64,000 nucleotides of DNA from an uncultured Candidatus Saccharibacteria bacterium (GTDB taxonomy: Bacteria; Patescibacteriota; Minisyncoccia; Portnoybacterales; UBA2143): contig CAZQLH010000002.1 in the NCBI GenBank assembly GCA_964594155.1, positions 44,324-108,323 of the forward strand. Direction: 5' to 3'. A program made the position numbers and the translations under genes. Position 1 is the stretch's first letter. Each line of letters begins with the position of its first letter. Below are positions 56,853 through 64,000 of this stretch, piece after piece. Below the pieces are notes generated by a model. That model was not told the origin of the DNA. It searched no databases and saw only the letters and a program-made list of their open reading frames with translations.

Positions 56853-58128
56853 AGACCCACGCTAAAATTACATAATATCCTATTAAAAAGACCCAAGAAA
56901 CACTTTTAAACTCATAAGCTGCTAAAGGAACTGCTGATAAATAATCAATTACTTTAATAAGATAGGTTAATAAAAACCAAACTGGCCAAGCAATGATTTG
57001 CCCTAAAGACAACCAAATTAAACCAGTAAAACTTAAAACTATTCCAGAAATCATTATTACGGGCAATAAAGGAACAATTAATAAATTAGCTAAAGGTGAA
57101 ATTAAAGAAAGCCGGCCAAAGTGGAAAATTAGAATTGGCAAAGTTCCTAATTGAGCAGCTAAAGTCATAGTTAAAATATCTTTAAGTTGGCAAGGATTAG
57201 GCAATTTGCTTGTTTTCTCATCTAAAATCGGCTTTAGATAAATAATGCTTAAACAAGCTATAAAAGAAAGTTGAAAGCCAACATCAGATTTCAAAAGAAG
57301 AGGATTAATTAAAAGCATAATAGCAGCGGCAAAAACCACTGCTCGATCAGCGCTTCTTAATCGCCCTGCTTTTTGAGCAAGTAAGAGCAAGCCAGCCATT
57401 ATTCCAGCCCTTATAGCTGATGCTGGAGCCCCTATCATTAAAATATATATGAATAACAAGATAAGAACAAAATAAAAGGCCTGTTGTCGCCATAAACCAA
57501 TAGCTAATCCTAAAAAAAGAAGAATCTGGCTCATAATAATCATATGCATGCCTGAAATAGCCACAATATGCCTAGTTCCGCTAATATTCAACTTTTCTTT
57601 TAATTCATTAGATAATCCATACTTGTCGCCTAAAAAAATAGCTTTTAATACTGAACTTTGGGGCGGCAATAATGTCTGTTCTATTACATTCCTTAATTTA
57701 TCTTTAAAATTAAAAATTATTTGAAAAAACCAATGCCCTTGATTTTCATCTAATTTAGTAATTTGTGAATAATATATTACTAAATGAATTTTATCTTTGG
57801 CTAAATAAGCGCGATAATCAAAATCATCAAAAACAGCAGGCTCTCTTAAAGTCCCGCTGATTTTTAATTCATCGCCATAATAATATTGAGGATATAGTTC
57901 TGTAGTTACTAAAATTTTTCCAGGAATCTCTTCTATTTTAAATTCAAATTTCTGTTGATTAATTCTTTGCTCTGGTTCATTAATAATAATTCCTTGTAAA
58001 ACTACTTCTTGATCATAATATTGATTAACTTTTTCTGGTTCTATTTTAAAACCTCCTAATAAAGAAAAAATCAAAACACCGCTAATAAAAACCAAACAAA
58101 TACAAACAAGAATTTTTGACTTAGTCAT
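56827..58128 (-). CDS. comEC: ComEC/Rec2 competence channel domain
   Basis: HIVAISGMH, SAIRAGIM, GFQLSF. Confidence 0.93.
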   Translation of the reverse strand: MTKSKILVCICLVFISGVLIFSLLGGFKIEPEKVNQYYDQEVVLQGIIINEPEQRINQQKFEFKIEEIPGKILVTTELYPQYYYGDELKISGTLREPAVFDDFDYRAYLAKDKIHLVIYYSQITKLDENQGHWFFQIIFNFKDKLRNVIEQTLLPPQSSVLKAIFLGDKYGLSNELKEKLNISGTRHIVAISGMHMIIMSQILLFLGLAIGLWRQQAFYFVLILLFIYILMIGAPASAIRAGIMAGLLLLAQKAGRLRSADRAVVFAAAIMLLINPLLLKSDVGFQLSFIACLSIIYLKPILDEKTSKLPNPCQLKDILTMTLAAQLGTLPILIFHFGRLSLISPLANLLIVPLLPVIMISGIVLSFTGLIWLSLGQIIAWPVWFLLTYLIKVIDYLSAVPLAAYEFKSVSWVFLIGYYVILAWVYVFYSAKN

Positions 58129-58131
58129 AAT

Positions 58132-58638
58132 TCAATACTCAATCCCTTTTCTTGCTTTAACTCCTTTTTTGTAATAATGCTTTATTTCTTTCATTTCTGT
58201 AACTAAATCAGCTAATTGAATAAATTTTTTAGAAGCATTGCGGCCAGTTAAAATAAGCTCTGCTTTTAGTGGAGCTTTTTTTATTAAATTTATTACTTCT
58301 TCTATTTTTAATAAACCTAAATCAATAACTAGATTGATTTCATCTAAAATAATTAGATCATATTTTTTACTTTTAATAGCTTTTTTGGCAAAATTAAAAC
58401 CCTGCTCAGCAAGGTTAAAATCTTTTTTAGTTAATTTATTCTTATTCAAAAATCCTTTTTTGCCAAAAACTTTTGCATTAAAACCTGATAATTTCCTAAT
58501 CGCTTTTATTTCTGAACTCTGTCCATCTTTTAAAAACTGAATTAGTAAAACTTTTTTACCAGCGCCAATTGCTCGCAATCCTATTCCTAAAGCCGCAGTT
58601 GTTTTCCCTTTGCCATGGCCTGTATAAATATGGATCAT
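58132..58638 (-). CDS. Cob(I)alamin adenosyltransferase (CobO/BtuR)
   Basis: YTGHGKGKTTAALG, QFLK, ILDEI, LTGR, KH.Y..G..A..GIEY. Confidence 0.93.
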   Translation of the reverse strand: MIHIYTGHGKGKTTAALGIGLRAIGAGKKVLLIQFLKDGQSSEIKAIRKLSGFNAKVFGKKGFLNKNKLTKKDFNLAEQGFNFAKKAIKSKKYDLIILDEINLVIDLGLLKIEEVINLIKKAPLKAELILTGRNASKKFIQLADLVTEMKEIKHYYKKGVKARKGIEY

Positions 58639-58647
58639 AATAAAAAA

Positions 58648-61600
58648 CTAAATATTACAAGTTGGACAACTGCCTTTTGGTAAATCAGGTAATTCAGGCG
58701 AAGGATCTCTTAATTCTGGAGAAATTTCTATTTCTTTGATTGGATTTTTTTTATTATTCTTTTTTTTCTTTTTATTACTAGATGGATTTATTTTTTTCTT
58801 ATCATTTCCAATATTCAAAACTTGCTGTTTGCGACTTTCATTGCGATAAAGAGTCATTCCTTTACAGCCAAGTTTATAAGCTAAAAGATAAGCTTTTCTA
58901 ACATCTTGTTCAGAAGCTGAAAATGGAAAGTTAATTGTTTTACTAGTTGCATTATCAACATATTTTTGAAAAACCGCCTGCATCTTAATATGGTCTAATG
59001 GAGCAATATCCAAGGCAGTAACAAAAACTTTTTTTACATCTGTTGGAATTTCTTTAATATCTTGAACATTTCCTTTAGCTGATATTTTCTCAGCAAGTTC
59101 TTTAGACCAAAATCCTCGTTCTTTGGCTATCTCTTTAAAAAGAGGGTTTGTTTCAACCATTTCTTGTCCTCCTAAAATATGCTTTCTAACAAAAGAAATG
59201 GCAAAAAGCGGTTCAATAGCTGAAGAACAGCCAGCAATAATGCTAATTGTTCCAGTTGGCGCAATAGTTGTAGTTGTAGCGTTTCTTATTTTAGGCATCC
59301 CGCTTTTATTATAAACACTATCTTTAAAATTAGAAAAAACCTCTCTTTCTTCTGTTAAAACAACTGAAGCTTTTTTTGATTCTTCTTGAATGAATTTCAT
59401 CACTTTTTCAGCTAAATTTAATGCTTTTCTTGAATTATATGGAATGCTTAATCTAATAAACATATCAGCCAAGCCCATTACTCCCAAGCCAATCTTTCTA
59501 TTGCTTTTGGTCATTTGCTCAATTTCTGGTAAAGGATATTTATTAACATCAATAACATTATCTAAAAATCTAACAGCATTATGAGTGGTTTTTTTTAACT
59601 TATCCCAATCAACTTCCCATTTCTCGCCTTTTTTTTCAACCATTTTACTTAAATTAATACTTCCTAAATTACAGCTTTCATATCCAAGCAACGGCTGCTC
59701 ACCGCAATTATGCAACAGAAATCCATTTCCGTCAAATGCATTAATGCCGGGTATTTGAATATCATAAACATCTTTTTTGCCTATAAAAACAATATCTTTA
59801 ACCGTAACGATAAATCTCTCTCTAACCATTTTTCTATTAAATCCATTAATCAATGATCTTAATTTATCTTGCTTGTCTTTATTGCTAAAACCAACCATTT
59901 TATAAAAAGTTGCAATATTTTCTCTTGAAATAATAAGTTCATGTTGAGCTTTTGTGTTATATAATCTATAACCGCCCTTGCCGTCAGGCATTTCTTTTTT
60001 CATGCTTTTTCTGCGGTTTAAATGCAATTGTGAAAATATCCCCAACCTTAACAACATCCTTTGAACAGCTTTTAATCTCTGGATATTGCTTTGAGATAAT
60101 CTAATGCTAATCCCATTTGTATAAGTTCCTTGAACAGAACCATCAGCGTCAAAAAAACCTCTTAAAAATCCTCTGTAAAAGCTTGATGAAGTTTTTTCAA
60201 TTTCAGGGGTAATTTTTTTCTTATTATCCATACCTAATTCTTTTGTTAAATTTTTAAAATAACCCATAGCTAATCTATATTCATTACGATTAGATATTTT
60301 TTGCCATCCCTTAAAATCAGACCTATGAGGAAATGATTTAGTGTATTTCTCTACCACTTTTCTAATGCTTTTATCGCCGTTACTTTCTCCCCAGCTACTT
60401 AAAACAACTTTATCTTTTTTAATTGTGCCATCTCCTACTAATAGGCCCATTAAATATCCTTCTTTGTTATTATGTTTACCAGGCCATTGATAGTTTTTAT
60501 TAACATTAATTACAATTTTATCGCCTGATTTTAATTTACCAGCTTCTTCCCAATCAGAATTAATTTTATATCTGCTTATTTCTTTAACTTTTTTAATCAG
60601 ATGATTTGCAGTTAAAGAAATTTCATATCCTTCTTTAGTTATTAATTTAAATAATTTTTTAACACCAGTATTAAAGAATCCGTTTCCAGAATTAGACCAT
60701 TCTTTTCCTTCTACAATAACTTTAGTTTTTTTGCCGATCAATTCTTTAACCTGTCTAGGTCCATCATTAGTCATTATCCAAGAATCATCTGAAATACATG
60801 GATTGGTTGATTCTATCTCGCCTAATTTTGGCGTAGGATTGTCTTTATTGATCCTGTCAATGAAAATAATTCCTGGTTCGCCATTGCGCCAAGCATGATG
60901 AACAATTAAATCAAAAACCTCATTAGCGTCTAACTGACCGCTTACTTGGCCATCCCTAGGATTAATTAAATCATATTTCTGCTTCTTTCTAACTGCCTGC
61001 ATAAATTTATCAGTTATAGCAACTGATATATTAAAATTATTTAAAACCCCTTCTTCTAATTTAGAAGTGATGAATTCTAAAATATCAGGATGATCTACTC
61101 GCATAATGCCCATATTCGCGCCTCGTCTTTTTCCGCCTTGCTTAATTACCTCTGTAGCCGCGTTAAAAACAGTCATAAAGGAAAGCGGACCAGAAGATTC
61201 GCCTTGAGTTGATTTAACTAAATCTTTTTTTGGCCTTAAACGAGAAAAACTAAAACCAGTGCCGCCGCCGCTTTTATGGATTAAGGCCGCGTCTTTTACC
61301 GCTTGAAAAATATCCTCCATTGAATCTCCAATTGGAACTACAAAACAAGCGGATAATTGCTGTAAAGCGCCGCCAGCATTCATTAAAGTAGGTGAGTTTG
61401 GAAGGAATTCCAAAGAGGCCATCATTTGATAAAATTCTCTTCCAATACTAAAAAGATCGTCATCAGAAATTGACGGCTTAAAAAATGATTCAGCTGAAGC
61501 AATATTAGCAGCTACTCGTTGAAATAATTGTTGAGGTGTTTCAATAATCTTCCCTTGCTCGTCCTTTCTTAAATACCTTGACTCAAGAACCCTTAAGGCA

Positions 61601-61956
61601 TTTGGTGTAAGCTTGGTTTTAACATCTTGACTTAAAAGCCACCATTTGGCTTCGCGAATCTCTCTTCTTTTTTGACGATAAAGATTGTAAGCTTCAGCAA
61701 TTTCTTTATGTCCTTCTTTAGCTAAGGTCTCAACAACTATATTTTGAATTTGTTCCACTCTAGGAATTTTATCCTTAAACCTTTTATTTAAAACATCAAT
61801 TACTTTATTTGAAATTTTCTGAGCTAAACCTCTGTCTTCTTGTTCTTTAGCTTGAAAAGACTTAAAAATTGCTTCAGTTATCTTGGACTGATAAAAATCA
61901 ACAACCCGGCCGTCTCTTTTTTTAATTTGATTAAAGTTCATTTCTGCTTGAGGCAT
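58648..61956 (-). CDS. nrdJ: Adenosylcobalamin-dependent ribonucleotide reductase (class II) with ATP cone and intein
   Basis: KKRDGR ATP cone, PNSPTL, SACF, TNP|[12 protein letters not shown]. Confidence 0.95.
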   Translation of the reverse strand: MPQAEMNFNQIKKRDGRVVDFYQSKITEAIFKSFQAKEQEDRGLAQKISNKVIDVLNKRFKDKIPRVEQIQNIVVETLAKEGHKEIAEAYNLYRQKRREIREAKWWLLSQDVKTKLTPNALRVLESRYLRKDEQGKIIETPQQLFQRVAANIASAESFFKPSISDDDLFSIGREFYQMMASLEFLPNSPTLMNAGGALQQLSACFVVPIGDSMEDIFQAVKDAALIHKSGGGTGFSFSRLRPKKDLVKSTQGESSGPLSFMTVFNAATEVIKQGGKRRGANMGIMRVDHPDILEFITSKLEEGVLNNFNISVAITDKFMQAVRKKQKYDLINPRDGQVSGQLDANEVFDLIVHHAWRNGEPGIIFIDRINKDNPTPKLGEIESTNPCISDDSWIMTNDGPRQVKELIGKKTKVIVEGKEWSNSGNGFFNTGVKKLFKLITKEGYEISLTANHLIKKVKEISRYKINSDWEEAGKLKSGDKIVINVNKNYQWPGKHNNKEGYLMGLLVGDGTIKKDKVVLSSWGESNGDKSIRKVVEKYTKSFPHRSDFKGWQKISNRNEYRLAMGYFKNLTKELGMDNKKKITPEIEKTSSSFYRGFLRGFFDADGSVQGTYTNGISIRLSQSNIQRLKAVQRMLLRLGIFSQLHLNRRKSMKKEMPDGKGGYRLYNTKAQHELIISRENIATFYKMVGFSNKDKQDKLRSLINGFNRKMVRERFIVTVKDIVFIGKKDVYDIQIPGINAFDGNGFLLHNCGEQPLLGYESCNLGSINLSKMVEKKGEKWEVDWDKLKKTTHNAVRFLDNVIDVNKYPLPEIEQMTKSNRKIGLGVMGLADMFIRLSIPYNSRKALNLAEKVMKFIQEESKKASVVLTEEREVFSNFKDSVYNKSGMPKIRNATTTTIAPTGTISIIAGCSSAIEPLFAISFVRKHILGGQEMVETNPLFKEIAKERGFWSKELAEKISAKGNVQDIKEIPTDVKKVFVTALDIAPLDHIKMQAVFQKYVDNATSKTINFPFSASEQDVRKAYLLAYKLGCKGMTLYRNESRKQQVLNIGNDKKKINPSSNKKKKKNNKKNPIKEIEISPELRDPSPELPDLPKGSCPTCNI
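59707..60798 (-). mobile_element. 364-aa intein with LAGLIDADG homing endonuclease, at the RNR active-site NPCGE motif
   Basis: TNP|CISDD...VYDIQI...LLHN|CGEQ; internal [10 protein letters not shown] and [10 protein letters not shown]. Confidence 0.95.
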
Positions 61957-62060
61957 AAAAAAAATTCCTTTCTTTTTTAGAATTAAAAATATACTTCTAT
62001 TTTACTCCAAATATAAAAGGCAGTCAAATAACTGCCTTTTAAAATAAGATATAAATAAAT

Positions 62061-63200
62061 TTATTTCATTTTTCTTCTGATAAATGCGGGGATATCCCAT
62101 TCGCTTTCTGGTTCTTCAGCTGTAATAGTTGTTTTAGGTTTAGAAATAACAGGTGTATGTTTTTTCTTATCTTTTTCTCTAACTCCAATCTGACCAATTG
62201 GTGAAATATCCTGAATTCTTGTTTCACTAGCTTTTCTTAATAATCCTTCATCAAAGCCAGTTGCAATAACAGTCACTTTAATTTCTCCTTTCTTTAGCTT
62301 ATCATCCATAACAGCGCCAAAAATAACTTTGGCTTCTGGGTCAATAGACTCAGTAATAACCTTAGCTGCCTCGTTAATTTCAGCCATAGCCAGATCAGCG
62401 CCGCCGCTTACATTAAAAAGAACGCCTTTGGCTCCGTCAATAGAAACTTCTAAAAGAGGAGAATTAATAGCTGCTTTAGCTGCTTCAACTGCCCGATCTT
62501 CGCCAATAGCCCTGCCAATACCCATTAAAGCAGAACCAGTATCCTGCATAATTGCCTTAACATCAGCAAAATCAACATTAACTATTCCAGGTGTAATTAT
62601 TAGATCGGAAATACCTTGAACTGCTTGCCGTAAAACATCATCAACTACTGAAAAAGAGTTTAACAAAGAAGTCTTGCGATCAATAATTGACAGCAATCTA
62701 TCATTAGGAATAGTAATTAAAGTATCAACTTTATCTCTCAATTGAATTAAGCCTTCTTCAGCAATTTGAGTTCTTTGCTGTCCTTCAAAGCTAAAAGGCT
62801 TAGTAACAACTGCTACAGTTAAAGCGCCTGAATCTTTAGCTGCTTCAGCAATAACTGGACCAGCCCCTGATCCGGTTCCGCCGCCTAAACCATAAGCAAT
62901 AAAAACCATATCTGATCCTTTAACTACTTCATGAATCTCATCGCGGTTTTCTTCAGCTGCTTGCCGGCCTATCTCTGGATTCATACCAGCGCCTAATCCT
63001 TTAGTTAAGTTTTTACCAATATGAAGTTTTTCAGACGCGCTAACATGGTGTAAATCTTGAGCATCGGTATTAATAGCTACAAAATCAACTCCATGAATCT
63101 TACAGGCTATCATTCTTGAAATACCATTACCGCCGCTGCCGCCTACGCCAATTACTTTAATTTTAGCAAATGTTTCCACATCTGGTTTAATTTGAGCCAT
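62061..63200 (-). CDS. ftsZ: Cell division protein FtsZ
   Basis: GVGGSG, GGGTGSG, NVDFAD, DIPAFIR. Confidence 0.98.
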   Translation of the reverse strand: MAQIKPDVETFAKIKVIGVGGSGGNGISRMIACKIHGVDFVAINTDAQDLHHVSASEKLHIGKNLTKGLGAGMNPEIGRQAAEENRDEIHEVVKGSDMVFIAYGLGGGTGSGAGPVIAEAAKDSGALTVAVVTKPFSFEGQQRTQIAEEGLIQLRDKVDTLITIPNDRLLSIIDRKTSLLNSFSVVDDVLRQAVQGISDLIITPGIVNVDFADVKAIMQDTGSALMGIGRAIGEDRAVEAAKAAINSPLLEVSIDGAKGVLFNVSGGADLAMAEINEAAKVITESIDPEAKVIFGAVMDDKLKKGEIKVTVIATGFDEGLLRKASETRIQDISPIGQIGVREKDKKKHTPVISKPKTTITAEEPESEWDIPAFIRRKMK

Positions 63201-63299
63201 ACTATTAGAAGTAATAACGAGGATCCTATAGACCCTCCTTTTACTTAAAAATTAACTATCACTATAAATTAGCACAAACAAAAAAATATTGCAAGCTTT

Positions 63300-64000
63300 T
63301 TATGGCAAAAAGCCGCGCAGCCATCCTTTAATCTTTGCTACTGTTAAATCAACAGGAAATCTAGGCAAAGGAATACCTTGTCTGATGTTATTAATATTTT
63401 TATCCACACTCCAAAGAATCAATCCAATAACTGTGGAATAAGCAGGATCATTAATCTCATCTACAACTCCTTCTAATTCCAAGGGAAAACCTACTTGAAC
63501 TGGCAATTTTAATGTTTCTTTGGCTAAATCAACTAAACCAGGTATTTTAGCGCCGCCTCCCAAAAGAACTACTCCAGCTGGCAATAATCCTTGACGGTCA
63601 ATCTTTTTTAATTCTTTATTAGCTAATTCTAGTATTTCTCTTAAACGAGCTTCAATAATTTCAACTACTATTGCCCGAGGAATAATTCCTTTTTCCTCTA
63701 ATCCTAATTTGGATAAATCAATCGCATCCTTTTTACTAATTTCAGAAGTTAAAGCTGATCCGTATTCCAATTTAACTTTTTCAGCCAAATCAATGCCGCC
63801 TCTTAAACCAATAGCTATGTCATTAGTAATATGCGCAGAACCAACAGGCAAAATACAACTATGAATAATTTCGCCTTCTTCAAAAACTGTCAAGCCAGCT
63901 GTTCCACCGCCTAAATCTAAAGCTAAAACACCTAGTTCTTTTTGTCTTTTACTTAAAGCAGATCGGCTGGCAGCTAATGAAGATAAAACTATATCTTCTA
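63300..64000 (-). CDS. ftsA: Cell division protein FtsA (5' end outside window)
   Basis: Frame open to the window edge: ELGVLALDLGGGT, GSAHITNDIA, AEKVK, LGGGAKI; upstream of ftsZ. Confidence 0.95.
   Translation of the reverse strand, partial: EDIVLSSLAASRSALSKRQKELGVLALDLGGGTAGLTVFEEGEIIHSCILPVGSAHITNDIAIGLRGGIDLAEKVKLEYGSALTSEISKKDAIDLSKLGLEEKGIIPRAIVVEIIEARLREILELANKELKKIDRQGLLPAGVVLLGGGAKIPGLVDLAKETLKLPVQVGFPLELEGVVDEINDPAYSTVIGLILWSVDKNINNIRQGIPLPRFPVDLTVAKIKGWLRGFLP

Noticed and set aside
1281-62619. Numerous short antisense or nested ORFs within long genes
   Set aside because: Fully overlapped by well-supported genes and lacking motifs
2397-63408. DnaA-box matches (2397-2405, 5847-5855, 23476-23484, 63400-63408) as oriC
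   Set aside because: Scattered singletons, two inside CDSs; no cluster and no dnaA

Overview
AT-rich bacterial chromosome segment whose gene content points to Patescibacteria/CPR (Parcubacteria-like): short valS, split comEC, tandem pilin-like genes, class II RNR, few Shine-Dalgarno motifs. It carries housekeeping genes (pilM, comF, recG, tsaD, valS, gyrA, rpsA, ftsH, rplS, infB, rbfA, rpmB, ndk, nrdJ with a LAGLIDADG intein, ftsZ, ftsA) and 17 tRNA genes, including the rare tRNA-Ile(UAU) and tRNA-Arg(GCG). The most striking element is an integron-like array at 42021-48985. A 271-aa tyrosine recombinase lacking the IntI-specific insertion is divergent from four single-gene cassettes (635-aa unknown protein, class IV aminotransferase, prolyl-tRNA synthetase, SAM methyltransferase). 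The cassettes are separated by non-canonical attC-like hairpins (TAAC-GTTY-stem...stem-T-GTTA). Each cassette also has its own 29-80 bp terminal inverted repeat, and G-T wobbles point to the + strand as the folded strand. Other features are a tRNA-bounded defence island (PabI-family restriction enzyme with two methyltransferases), several REP-like palindromes (some in frame inside proteins), a putative leader-peptide attenuator and two unannotated small ORFs. All assignments come from motif recognition by eye; no searches were run.
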